NCBI GenBank assembly: GCA_000165425.1
Contig: CT868036.1
Coordinates: forward strand, 124,001-188,000
Source of the DNA: Paramecium tetraurelia
Taxonomy: Eukaryota
Length of the DNA stretch: 64,000 nt
Direction: 5' to 3'
Shown here: positions 30,221-43,524 of the stretch, in pieces
Position numbering within the stretch: position 1 is the first letter of the stretch
Layout of the letters: every line of letters begins with the position of its first letter
The notes under the pieces: generated by a model
Seen by the model: only the letters and a program-made list of their open reading frames with translations
What the model was told of the DNA's origin: nothing
The model's database searches: none
Made by a program: the position numbers and the translations under genes

Positions 30221-30510
30221 AGTAAATATATTATATAATTATATATATTATATAATAATATATTGAGAATAAATTTAAATTAGTTGATGATGTGTATCAT
30301 TCATTCAAGGACAGCATGGATGAGAGTTGTTCAGAGGAGTGGATTATTATTTTGAGTGAAAAGGGTTGGAGATAGATTGAAGACTAGATTTATTATTATT
30401 ATTAAAACTCACTTCAATTGCTGAACCTTTTTGTTTTACATAATTCTGATTAATGATGCGTATGTAAAGTATATAGATGAAATTGTTTATGTGAATGTAT
30501 AATTATAGAA

Positions 30511-30913
30511 TCACGCTGCCTTATTAAACACAATCTATTCTCTATACTTTTCAACGTGATCGAGTAATTCATCCAAATCTGCTCCTCCTACTTCCATGTC
30601 CTGTGCTATGTTTTTGAGATGCACCTTAAATTTATCGAACTGCTAATTTGATATGTTCAATTCTTTATGAACTTCAATCAAATCTCTAATTTTACATAAC
30701 AGTATCATACCTGCCTGTGTATTGAGTGTTTTTATCACCCATCATTTAAGAAAAGAATCTCTTCTATTGATATCTTACACGACTCATGTCAGCTTTGAGA
30801 AACTTATCTCTTAATAATTTATCGAAGAGGACTTTATAATAGAATTGATCAATGAGTTCAGAAACCTATTGATCGCCTCCAAATCTCTCAAATAAGCATT
30901 TCTTATTGTCCAT
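30511..30913 (-). CDS. Group I truncated (2/2) haemoglobin
   Basis: LFERFGG, IDQFYYKVLFD, QQKRFFSQMMG, YTGRDLIEVH (proximal His), ISNQQFD. One intron. Confidence 0.9.
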
Positions 30914-31096
30914 TTTTATTTATTAAAATCTTTTATTTATTTATATTTATTTGCAATCAGAATCTCAAAAAGGACTAAATTAAGTTAGTTTTGGGAGTTG
31001 TCCACTTTTTAATTCAGTCCCTAGTGAATTTCAGTGTTCCCCATTAAATTATAGGAAATATTAATTAAATTATATTTTTAATATAAAAATTAAGTA

Positions 31097-31517
31097 ATGT
31101 CTTTAGGAGTACCACTCAAAATTATGCATGAAGCAGTCCATCATATCGTCACAGTCGAGTTAAAAACTGGTGAAATGTTTACAGGATACATGGCAGAAGC
31201 AGAAGTAATCAATTATCCTAAATTCTAGGACACAATGAATGTAAGATTGGATGAAGTCTAAATGGTGACAAGAGATGGTAGACCCATGTCCCTTGAATAA
31301 GTATATTTGAGAGGAAGTCAAATCAGATTTGTTGTCATCCCAGATGTATTTAAATACGCTCCCATGTTCAAAAAAATTAGAGCAAATGCCAAAAGCAAAA
31401 ATATGCAATAAATCAGAGAAAAGGCTAGATAAGTTAGAGGTAATTCTTGCATTTATCAATTGCATAGAGGAATTAGTACCACGCATCAAACAGGGTTTAG
31501 AACAATAAAAAAAGTGA
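31097..31517 (+). CDS. SMD3: Small nuclear ribonucleoprotein Sm D3
   Basis: [26 protein letters not shown]...EAEDTMN...[24 protein letters not shown]. Two introns. Confidence 0.95.
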
Positions 31518-32673
31518 TACATATAAGCAAAATCATCTATGGATATATATATATTTATCTAATAAATTATTGTTAACTTAAAAATTTATATAATATCAAT
31601 TTGTTTCTAAATAATTAATATATCTTAATTTATTTTATTAATAGTCTTAGTCTATGCAATTATGAAACTTTCAATATATGATGATCCTTTAATATTTTTT
31701 ATTATTATCTCTATATCTACAGATTACGAATTATTATCTAACTTTGAACTAGTGAAAATTTGTGTTAATTTAGTGAAAACCCCTTTTATTTAATCGAATT
31801 ATATTTTGTCTTAGTTGCGACTTATGAAAAAGATAAACCAATTAATAATAGGGTATTTGTTGATTCTTACTCTAAAAGTGACTATATAAGAATCTATCCA
31901 AAAAATATATTAAAATACAGATGCAGATGAATTTCAACTACTTGTATTTTCTTTGTATCACAAAATGACCACTCTAAATTTATTAATGAATACTCTATAT
32001 CTCAATATTAATTAGGATGTTGCCTATCTTACAAATGATGATTATCTTAAAGAAATATAATATTGGATACATAAAAAGATATATACATTTAAAAACAATC
32101 TAAAGCTTTAACCGAAATTGATGTACCTACTGGTATATAAATCATTTATATACATTTATAGGTCTAAAATCTATATAGCTCTCATAAATAATATTTTAGA
32201 AGTAGATCTTAATGATAACATAGATGTATCAATCAATAATATAATTAGAATTATTAAGAATCAATAATTATAATATTTCTCAATTTATTTTTTGAACTTT
32301 ATATTGAATTTCAAACCTGAATCAAAATTAATAAACATTTTGATGAAGACAAATTATTGATTATTTCAACATTATGCTACATCTTTATTCATATGAAAAT
32401 TTGTATTTATCATATATTCCTGTTATAGGAATAGATATCTTTTGCAAATGCTATATTGCTAAACAAAAATTAACATTCAATGGTATAATTTAGCTGAATC
32501 CCAATTGGAAAGCATAATAATAATTATTACTTTTTCTTAATTCCGAATTTTTTTGTCTAAATAAGAAACCTTCGAAATGAATATACTTATAGATTTGAAA
32601 TCAATTCATCAGATTTTTCTTTTTTATATCTTTTTTAACAATTTAGCGATTTATTTATGTTCATATTTAATAT

Positions 32674-33678
32674 ATGAGTAATAAACAAAAAGACTATTGG
32701 ACTAGTTTTATCTCAGGTAACGATTCTTAATATTTCAAAAGGTGGTTGTGCTGGAGTTTGTGCCAAAACTGTCATCTCTCCGTTCGAAAGAATCAAATTG
32801 CTATATTTGGTATTGATGTGATATCATATCAATCCTAGACCAGATCGACCTAATTCACTTATAAAGCAGCTATCCAAGATGCAATATACGTGTATCAACA
32901 TCATGGTTTGATCAACTTCTGGAGAGGCAACCAGGCCAATGTATTAAGAATATTTCCGCAATCAGCCATAGTAATCAGTTTAAACAAATATTAGAATTTC
33001 TCAACCTTCGATTACTTAAGAAGAAGATTTGCTCCGGATAGGGAGGATAAGACAATTATGAGGAAAATTAGATTATTTTTATGCGGATTAACTTCAGGCA
33101 TCGTTGCACAAAGTATAGCCTATCCGTTTGATTTTTTACGAACAAGATTGGCAATGCAAAAAGATGCTTTTCTTTACAAAAACATATACGATGCAGCTTT
33201 GAAGATTTATAAAATTGAAGGATTCATGTCCTTCTATTCTGGATTGCCTATAGGAATTATAGGTGTAGGAATCTATCATGGGAGTGGTTTCTTCTCATTC
33301 ACATTGATGAAGGAATATCTGCTTGAATAATACCCATGGGTAGCCAAACACAAAAGCACAGATTTCGCCATAGGTGCAAGCGGAGCCATTATAGCTTAGG
33401 TTCTGGCCTATCCCTTTGATATTGTCAAGAAGAGAATGTAAGGATAGAACGTGTTGTTCTAACAGGGAGAGATTTAAGCAATGACGTACTTTTTATTTTA
33501 TAATAATTTAAGATCCACATGGATGCAGATAAAAACAATTTATAGAGTTGAGGGAATCATCAAAGGGTTTTATAAAGGAGTATCACTTAACTTCATTAAG
33601 GCTCCGTTGTCATCAGGCACCGCATGGACAGTCAAAAACTCAGTCAACAGGCTACTTAACAAAAATTATGATTTCTGA
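32674..33678 (+). CDS. Mitochondrial carrier (CoA / Graves-disease-carrier SLC25A42/A16-like)
   Basis: GGCAGVCAKTVISPFERIK, FWRGNQANVLRIFP, YPFDFLRTRLA, YPFDIVKKRMQ, FYKGVSLNFIKAP. Four introns. Confidence 0.88.
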
Positions 33679-33864
33679 CACAAATAATTTTATAAAAAAT
33701 ACTTATATTTATTATAAAATATTTATTAAATATTATGTCTGGTATCAATCTGCAAATTATTTCTAAAGTACTCAAAAGTTAGATACAGAATAGATATACT
33801 TTAAATATCATTGATTTAATACAGAATAAGGTTATAAATGAACTAACATCAAATTACTTAATAT

Positions 33865-33936
33865 GTCCGTGTGGCGTAATGGTAGCGCGACAGCCTCCTA
33901 AGCTGTAGGTTGCAGGTTCGACTCCTGCCTCGGATG
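33865..33936 (+). tRNA. tRNA-Arg(CCT)
   Basis: Cloverleaf: acceptor GTCCGTG/CTCGGAT (one T-T mismatch), D arm, anticodon stem ACAGC/GCTGT with loop CT-CCT-AA, T arm GCAGG-TTCGACT-CCTGC. Confidence 0.95.
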
Positions 33937-33937
33937 A

Positions 33938-33946
33938 TTTTTTTTT
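33938..33946 (+). terminator. RNA polymerase III oligo-T terminator
   Basis: T9 run immediately downstream of the tRNA. Confidence 0.8.
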
Positions 33947-35119
33947 AATTAATATTTATATTGAAAATAAAACTTATAACAAATTAATTATTTCAATTTT
34001 CATATAGACCTCATTAAATTGGCATCTCCCTTCACATAATTTGAGTAAAACATCAAAGTAAAATAAACAAGAAGTTGGAAGGATGTATAGATGAATAAAA
34101 AGAGAACCTATAAAATTTTACTATCTAAAATTATATCTAATAATGAAATCAGTTAAGAAGTATGTCAATTATATGAATAAATCTGTATTCAGTTAAATTG
34201 TTACCTTTACAGAGTGAAACTTCTCTATTCTCCTTCAAAAGACTATAGAAGAGGATGATTTATTATTTGAATTCAATGCTATTTTGAAAACTTATTTATA
34301 TCTTTGGAATATTCAGAACTAATTAGTACTTAAAGATGGATATTAACTATTGAGATTAATTATCTTAATTTTGATAACGAAAGGATTATTAAATCAAATC
34401 AAATTTATTTAAGAGAAGGCTTGACTAACAAAGATTACAATATATATAAATGAGGTATAAATGAAAAGCTCTTTAAAGAATATCAATAGATTGATTTATA
34501 TTGTAATTCATACCTTATTGATGGTAATATTATACTAATAAGACCAAAAGATTGAGAAAATATATACTAAGATTAATTGTCATTAGAATTAGAGACTAAA
34601 GAATTCAAATATCTTCAGATAGAATAAGATATAAACTTCACGATTCTTTTCATTTCAGAAAGGAGCTGACTAAATTCAATATGATCCATTATATTATTTA
34701 TTATTATACATCCTAATTTAAGAATGACTCTCGTAAGTAAATTTTCAGGTTGAAATAGTGAGAGAGATGAAGACTAAATTTACTGAGATTATGATTATGA
34801 TAAAATAAGGTTCGATTTAAATTGCAACTATTTAAGCGTAAATGTATTTATCATTTTGAGAATTAGAATAAGTGCATCGTAATTTGTGCACAGTAAAGTT
34901 GTTGAAATAATACGAAAATTCTTCTTTAATTCTCCCAAAAATAGCTCAAATAAATATATCGATTTATTAATGAAGGAACTTTACAGATTTAAATTTCAAG
35001 TTTTTTATTTTTGATTCTTTTCAACATTAGTGTCATAATGTGCTTTGTCAATATATATTATATTTGAGGATGCTTTGAAATATGTTCAAAATTTTTGATA
35101 ATTATTGTCAATTTTATAT

Positions 35120-35500
35120 TCACTTTAAAAAGTTTACTTTTTTTTTGATCTTTTCTTTTCCATTTGCTTCAGGCTGTGGAGATTCATATATAAATTCTTG
35201 CTGGTCGCTTTTAGAAGCCAAAATTCCTTGTAGAATTATGGGTTGATAATTTATCCTTTCATCGAACAAATCTTTTGGTTCTAAAAATACAATTTAATGT
35301 TATGATCTTGGAGACAATGGCTTAGTGGATGTAAGTGTGAGGCCATTTTAATATTGATACAATGAACTATGCTATTGGATTAATTCACTGAAGATATTAT
35401 CATTATCAACAGATTCCTGTCGTACTTTAGAGTGTTGTGTATTAACTTCTTAGTGATCGAGTTAGAGTTCTGGTTTTTGGCATTAGCACAAATTACCCAT
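35120..35500 (-). CDS. 126-aa hypothetical protein with dual-acylation N-terminus and C-terminal KVxF motif
   Basis: Intronless MGNLCQCQKPELQLDH...GKEKIKKKVNFLK*. Confidence 0.75.
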
Positions 35501-35753
35501 AATTTTATAATATCTTATTGCTTTTCAATATTTAAATATACAAATAATTCATGTTAAAAGTTTAATTTAGTATTATAATGATCATGTGAAATGATTGATT
35601 ACCGATTATACTAGGTTAAAATATTATGAGCAATAAGCAAAATGAATGTTTAATTTTAATTGGAGAATCTAAAATCCTTATAAGTTATTTTACTAGAAAA
35701 ATGAAACAATAAAATAATTTAAGCAAATATATAAAATGTAAGAATTCAAATCA

Positions 35754-37141
35754 TCAATATTTAGAATTTATATTTGGCTATTTGTTTGGCTTATAACTTT
35801 GTAAATGACTGAAGTCATAAATAGAATTATTGTCCTTCTTGTTTTATTCCTGCAATTAACTCGATTGTAGATTTCTAGTCTATCGATTCATAGGTTAGGT
35901 GGGAACATATTCACCAAAGTCCAGAGCCTTAGCACTTTAGGTGGATAATTTGGATGGCATTGGTTTGTTTTCTGTCGTTATGAAATCCAGGATGTCATCC
36001 AAATCATTGCTATCATCATCTTTGATTTATTATTAAAATTGTTGTTTTTGCTTGAACTGAGTATGAGGCTCATCCTTTTAACTGTAGGATTTGTTCTTGT
36101 GATCAGACTCAAAGAATTTTAACTCATCTTTTGATTTGACTTATTCTTCGAAAATCAAAGATGGCGCTATTTTCTCTATGTTATAAAAGAAGGGATGAGT
36201 CAACATTTACGCTGCAGTAATTCTCTTATTAGGATCCCATCTAATCATTTAGGTCAACAGATTGATGGCCTCCGTGCTCGCATTTGGTATCAATTATTAT
36301 AACTGTAATGGCTAAAACTAAGCAAGAGCCAAACCCATTTGAGATACTAATCTACATCCTTCTGGCCATTCAGTTTAAGTAAATGTTCTAATTGAATTAA
36401 GAAGTGTACCCAAGAGTCGAGAGAATCTTGTTAAACTATTCCAGTTCTGAATTTCCTTGAAAGAGAGGTCTGTTTAGAAATAGTTCAGCCATTATACAAC
36501 CTAATGCGAAAATATCAACAGGACTGTTGTAATTGACTTACTTCAACAGAATTTCTGGAGCCTAAAATTTTAATTGAAATTGTACTCGATACCACCTTGT
36601 GGCTATGTAATCGGTGTAAGGAGGTCTGGACCTTATCTCTCTTGCGCATCCAAGGTCAATAATTTTAACTACTCCATTGTTGGTGACTAACATATTCTCT
36701 GGCTTAAGATCACGATGAAAATATCCATGTTTATGCATGTAACTAAGACCATTGGCGACTTGATAAATAATGGATTTTATTTGATCCTCCGATATTATTT
36801 TCCCCTAATAATAGATAAATCTGTTGTACCATTTCTTTTTATTGAGTGTACATTTAGTAAATACTTTTTTCGACAAATTCAAACACTAAACATAAAGTAT
36901 CATTATCAAGGAAAACTACTTATTAATTATTTATACTTTCTTTAAGCTTAACAATATTGGGGTGATTTTGGAGTTTCAATAAAGCCTTAACTTCCCTCAA
37001 ATTTGTGCATTCATCAAAATTGTGATACTTTTATTTCATCTTCTTGATTGCAACTAAATCATGAGTTTAGGTGTCCTCAGCTTTTATAACAACCCCAAAT
37101 GTTCCATCACCTGTCTTCTTCAATTCCCTGAATTTTTTCAT
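35754..37141 (-). CDS. MAK/ICK (RCK-family) CMGC kinase
   Basis: [65 protein letters not shown]. Four introns. Confidence 0.93.
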
Positions 37142-37360
37142 ATGTATTTTTAGGAAATTTATTTTATATATTAAAACTTAATTTATCAAAAATAGTAAAC
37201 TTTAAGGTTTTTATAAACCCAATCATGTTGAACTTCCCTTATGATTATTTACCAATTTTAAAATACTATGGCCATTTTAATATATCAAAAATGGAATTCT
37301 TATATAAATAAGTTATTCAAAAGATGTAATAGTATATATATTAAACTATAGTATTATTCA

Positions 37361-37726
37361 TCACTTTTTTATCTTGTTGTCTTTTTTAATTAAGGGCTTC
37401 TTGTGTGATAAAATTTACTAAGATATTTACTGTTGATTAGGAAATCTGATCTCTAGGGTTAATTTACTGGCTTATTCGGCTTTCTTTTAAAGTTGAATTT
37501 TAGAAGTCTGGTTTCTATTGAATGCATCTATCATCTGATTTTCTTTATCATCAAGATTATTGTTGAGTTTAAGAGATATATTTGACTTTTTAGGTTCAAT
37601 TTGAATTGAATATGAATAATACCCAAGTTTCTTTTGAATATCTCTTTTTCGACAATGTTCACACATATATATCGTTTTCTAATTAATTGTTGAACTTATC
37701 ATATGGCTTATTTGATTTTGATCCAT
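37361..37726 (-). CDS. Hypothetical 121-aa protein
   Basis: Intronless MDQNQISHMISSTINQKTIYMCEHCRKR...KDNKIKK*. Confidence 0.6.
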
Positions 37727-38282
37727 TAACGTAACTATTAATTTTAATTTAGTTAATTAAATATCAATAATCAAAAATTCTGTTCATTATTAAGTAATCT
37801 TTATTATTATTAAAATAGAGTATTCAATCATTTGCAAAATACTTATTTAATGATAAAATCGAAATATGAAAAATATTAATAAATGTCTCAATATCATTTT
37901 ACTACAATTAAAATCAGATGACCATTGCTTTATCGTATAGGAATTTTTTGCTTAATATTATAAGAATTCTAGTTTATTTTACAAACTAAAGTGGTACTTT
38001 TTAAGAAACAAATAAATTCCTAAATAGCACTAGCATTCTAATGAATTTTATAAAAGATAGAAATATCCTTAAAACTAGATTTTGGATTAGTATTTGATTT
38101 CTTTTACACTCAAGTATAAAATGGTCGAAAGATATAATTAACTCCTCCAAACTAATTTGGATCATTCCATTTTTTCAAATAAAAAGAAAACTTCATAAAC
38201 AAAACATGAAAAACTATCTAATATCATGTTTTTTTCTACTTGTTATTGAAATATAATATTTGATATAAAAAATCTAAAATTA

Positions 38283-38932
38283 TCAATATTTTGAGCCTGG
38301 TGCTGTTGTAATAGTTAAATTACTTTGGAATAGTTTTTGAGAGGTAAATCTTTATCTTGTTAGGCCTTCTGTATGGGTTCTTTGATTAGAATAATTAGTA
38401 TCACTATTTTAAGTTTAAAGCTTTGTTGGTTCGCTATCAACTAAGATTTGTTTTATATTTATACATTGTAATTTCAATACAATCTCTGCCTATTTTTTTA
38501 ATTGTGCCTTCAGATTGCTTATCGTGTAATCTTTCTCTGAGCACAATTGGCATTTTTTCTGTTTTTGATAGTCATTTTAATACAAATTAAATTCCTTTAT
38601 TTCTGATACTCTACTTTTTATGTCTGTTATTAAATTAGACATCACAAATGCTTCATTTGACAAAGTGTAATGCTAGGTATTGTTCTTTAAATTAAACCAG
38701 ATCTTCTATTGCTCATTTAATTAAGCCCAGACATCGTTAAACTATCTTTTAAGTGAATTATATTAGTTTTCTTAAGTTTACAGATTCATTATTAATTGAT
38801 TGGAAAAGTTGGTTAATTTCTATATTTCTGCCATTAACTACTCTATCTTATAGAACAATTGTTAAATTATGACCTATTCTGAAAGTATTAATTAATATAA
38901 TTACAGTTCTATCCATAAACATAATTGTTCAT
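38283..38932 (-). CDS. Hypothetical coiled-coil protein
   Basis: MNNYVYGQN, a 26-nt intron, then an open frame with CQLC ending TAPGSKY*. Confidence 0.65.
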
Positions 38933-39364
38933 TTTTATTTCTAAACAAAATAATTTTATTTAAAGAATTAAGTTTGTTTATATTTTTAAACATAAAATAG
39001 TGATGTTTCTATTGAAAATTAAACCTAAATTATCAATTAAGTACCCAATGAACTATGTCTATCTTCCCAAAAAGCTTCAACCAATTAAATAAAGTATATT
39101 GTCTTTCAGCTGCTCAAAAACGGATAATTAAATAAGTAAAAAGAGATATATTTATTTGTATAAAATGAAAGTCTTAATCCTGTAACAGTACCATTTCTGT
39201 CAATCCTTAAATGTGGATGTGAATTAATATCATTTAAGATCATCTAAAATGATGAATTAATTCAACTGAAAATTATGAATAATTGTATCATTTAATAAAA
39301 ATTAACACAAATTACTTAAGAAGTTAATAAAACTTGAAATTTAAGGTTCTTTATTTTGCAATTC

Positions 39365-40380
39365 ATGACTTCATAACCACAACCATTAGGGCTTGTTTTA
39401 TTTGGTTTGAATTATAAATTCTATTTTTAGAGAATTTTATAGAGTTTTTAAAAACATTCAATTATTGATTGTTATCATTCGTTTATCTAAGCATTATTAA
39501 TATTAATTGATGAACTCTTTTAGTCTAGAAAAGAATAGATTTCATTAAAAAGCTTGTTAAAAAAAGAAAAAAGGGTAGAGCGAAAACTTAACCACGTTGT
39601 CGAAAAAGTAATAAATTGATACTTTCATTGAACAGAAGACTCAAACTCTGTATTTGGATGTCAATCAGTCCTATACAAAAGCTTCAGATCAGGAGAGTTT
39701 CAATCTAAACAAAATACCTAAATCCTTAAGAGCCAATTTAATTGGTTAGTTAAACAATAAATATAAAAGAAGATCTCCTCTATGAATGTATGAATATATG
39801 CTATGATTGTATTAATTAATTATTAACATTCATTCTTGTAAATAAAAATAGAAAGTAGAAATGGAAATTTACATGTTGTTTAAGCTCTTAAAATATAAAA
39901 TGAAAAGTCATATCAAAAATGTATAGTTAATGAAATATCAGATCAAAAATACTTAATTATAAAAATCAAAATTCCATAAGACAATTAACGATAATACTAT
40001 TTGTCTTAGAGACTTTAAATTATAAAATTAGAAATGTCATTAATAAAAAGGTAATAATTTATAATAATCTTAATACTGATGAAGATTTGATAAGATTTAA
40101 AAGGAGAAAATTTTATTAATATTTATATTAGATTTTTTTAATGGATGCCTTTAATCTCTTGAACAATAGGTTTATGCAATCAGCTAAGGAGAGAAAATCC
40201 TTGAGGTCGATAAACCTAAGTCAGAAAAATCTTGAAACTTAATCCAAATCTAGTGAATATGACCTTTGGGAAAAAAATGATGGTTTAGACTCACCTATGA
40301 CACCTAAAATTGAAATCCCAAATCAATTTTACCCTAAATTAATAAATACTGTAAGACTTTCTAATCAAAGACTCTTATGA
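39365..40380 (+). CDS. Hypothetical protein (exon structure uncertain)
   Basis: Open frame MTSQPQPLGLVLFG...KEDLLYE, with coding-like sequence continuing to LSNQRLL*. Introns not fully resolved. Confidence 0.4.
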
Positions 40381-40583
40381 AAGGAATTGAAATTATTTTC
40401 TTTATTTCAAGTATTATATTATTACTAAAAAGTCAATAATATATTTAATAAGTTCAAATATTCTCCCTCTTAAAGAAGATAAAAAATGGACATATTAAAA
40501 AACAGAAGTCAAGAAATAGGTTATTTTTAATTATATTGATTTGGAACTAATACGTTATTATAAAATTATATAAACATGTATTT

Positions 40584-43426
40584 TCAATTAATTTATTTTA
40601 ATTTTTCTTCTTCTATTTAAATATAGTCTGTGCAATCTTGGCAGATCTTTGATACTATTGGTTTATGTTCAAGACATCTTGGACATTGACTATCAGTAAC
40701 TTCATAAAATTTGACATGAAAGTTAATCTTCTAATGGTAAAATTGTTCCTTCACAAAAAATGAAGACATGCAAACATGATTTGGTCTCTTCTTATTCAAG
40801 AAATCAGTTTCAAAAGTGGTTTTACCACAGGAAAAAAATAATGCTAATTAATCAGGATCTATATCAATTAATTGTTATTCATAAGTATTAGGTTCGATGA
40901 TGAAAACTATTTCCAATTTTTTTGATATGCTTTTTTGTTTTATACGTTCTTAAACTTCATCAATCTAAGTATTAATCTCTTTTTGTAATTTGTGTAATAA
41001 ACTTAAAGTCACAATATTCTATTGTGCTTCCTCAAAGTGACTCACTGGAATCTTTGGCCATGCAGTAGGCAATTTAGTGTGTATGTCTCTAGAATTGAAA
41101 CACAATATAGGTTAAATAACATTTAATGTTATATCGTATATTTTGTAATAGATATACAAACTATTTTGATATTCGCTATGAAATGCTATAATTTTATTTC
41201 TAGTGCTAGCAACATATAAAGAAACATAATTTTGCATGAAATCAACATACAACTAATATGCCAATCCAAAATTGAAATCTTCATAAGCTTTAGTAATGTT
41301 GGCAACAAATAGGATTAATTGTTGATAAATATATGAATCACACTAAATATTAATAAGGTTATAAGTACAAATTCTAAATCCTTAAAGTCAACAGGTGTGA
41401 CAGATGCATTCTCTAAACAGCCGATAATCTACCAATAGATTTTTCTTATGTAATTTATTTATTCTTTCTTTTTGTCTAACATAAATTATGAAAATTCATC
41501 ATGTTCATTAATAGATGTGACAAGTGCTCTTAAAACATCAGCGCCACTCTAAAAATAATACAATATTATACTCCATATTATTTTTATTCATTTGCTTTGA
41601 GTTGTCCGTCAATAATATTTTCCAATGTAAAACAATTAGTCTTACTGATTTTATCTTTGTTGTATTATAAAACTGTATGTGTATGAATTTTTCTGTTGAA
41701 TTTCTTTTGGAATAAAATCATCATCATTTAACTACTAAATAGAAAGCTTTCATTCTAATCTATTCCCTCATAGATTAAATCACATTACTGAGGTATAATA
41801 AAGTTCCTGTTTAAGACACATGTATGTTTTTCCAAATCTTAAGCATAAGGCTTATATGTATCTGGTAATAAATCAACGATATTCCATTTCCAGTAGATGT
41901 CACTGCCATTTTTTTCAACTAAGTCAGCAAAATGTCTGACGACTTCTGCATTTAATAAGAATCCATTTTTTAATTTTTCAAATTTTTTAGGTACAGTGGC
42001 TCTAAATAATGGAATTGGAATGCCCCACACATTATGTTCAGTTATGCACCATTAACCACATAAAGCTTCCATTAATTCTATGTATGGAGTATAAATTTCA
42101 TCTTTGTTATTTTATTTTGTATCCTCCTCATTCAGATTGTACTTTTCTTTATAATTATCTATGAGTTGTTCATCAAAATGCACAAACCATGCTGGAACAC
42201 TTCTTAAAAGAAGTTGCTCTCCTGTAACTTTATGATGATAGAACACTTCTTAGGCAGAACTTACTACATCAAGAATTCTATTTCGTTCTCTAAGTTCTTT
42301 GAGTATTTATTAAGATGCTTCATTATTAAGTATATCAAATTCTTCGTCTTCATAAACTAATTGACCATTTTCATTCACCATTCCTGTTCTGTCAAGCTTA
42401 TATCTTTTTGCTATAGGTATGTCATCCATTTAATGAGCAGGACAAATTAAATTGTTTTCTTCACCTTCAATCATTCTCAAATCAATAAACTCATTTAAAC
42501 CATTATCAACAGTCAAATTTAAAAAATCAGATGTTACTATTGTTCCTACAAATTGATACATTGAAAATTCTTCTTTATGAGTATTAAAAAATTACTTGCT
42601 CATTATAAGAGCTTCCTTGTCTTTCATCACCAACCATTCTTGTTCCACTAATTTAATAGCCTTTGCACTAGGAATTTTCCAAGGGGAGGGCAATTCTAAT
42701 ACCAAATAAAAAGGGCATTTCAATTTCTTAAAACTTGGACTTAGTCTTGTAAATTTAAATTTAATTGCATGTGCTGGAACATCCCTTTGAGTAATAATAA
42801 CAGAATCAAGAGGCACTTCTGAAAATCTAGATTTAGACCATATCACGATCTTCTATTCCCTAAAAATCTAATCTAGTATAATATAAGATCTCTATAATAC
42901 TTTAATCGAGAAAGTGAGCCAATTAATATAACACTTACTTTTGGTATCTGGGATCAATTGTTAGGCTTATCTCTTATTCTAAAATGCCCCATCTTTAAAT
43001 TTATTCCAAATAAGATTTCAATTGTTCTTCAGCATATTTTGAACATATCTGTCTTATTGCTACTTCATTATACTCCATTTAGGTTGTTCCTTTTTAAATT
43101 AATTGTTAGAATGCAGCGTGTTCAATTTATGGTCCAAACAATTCAAATGACATAGAAGGTGTTATTTTGTATCCTCTAAGAAGTTTATACCTTTTAAGTA
43201 TATCCTTGTGCACTTTATTATAAAAATGTCCGAAATGCAATTTCCCATGAACACTCAAAGGACTTTCATGCAAAGTAAATGCCTAATTTCTTTTATGTAA
43301 TTTTACTTTGGAATCAACGTTTTACTCAAATTTTATAACTTAACTAAGCAATTCAATTTCTCTTGACGTTGGATGAAACCGTGGATTGAATTTGGTTTTT
43401 GGAATCATCAGAAGTTTGGATGTCAT
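40584..43426 (-). CDS. Isoleucyl-tRNA synthetase-like protein (bacterial/mitochondrial type) with degenerate catalytic motifs
   Basis: Colinear with IleRS: LHFGHFYNKVHKDI, RWGI, PWKIP, PAHQMDD, WCITEHNVWGIPIP, YEGIDQ, KISKT, GADVLR, C-terminal CPRC...CQDC. Frame is intact with three introns. Confidence 0.85.
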
Positions 43427-43524
43427 AATTAAAATTTAATAAATAAATTAATTTTTACTCACATCTTCAAAACACTCTTGTTTAAAACAAAATCTATAAA
43501 TATACTAAAGAATAAATAAAATTA

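Noticed and set aside
30283..30450. U3 snoRNA
   Set aside because: GGATGA and GAGTGA resemble boxes C' and B, but the 5' GAC/box A region that pairs with 18S rRNA is absent.
38740..38830. Apparent frameshift in the hypothetical gene
   Set aside because: Careful re-reading shows a continuous frame.
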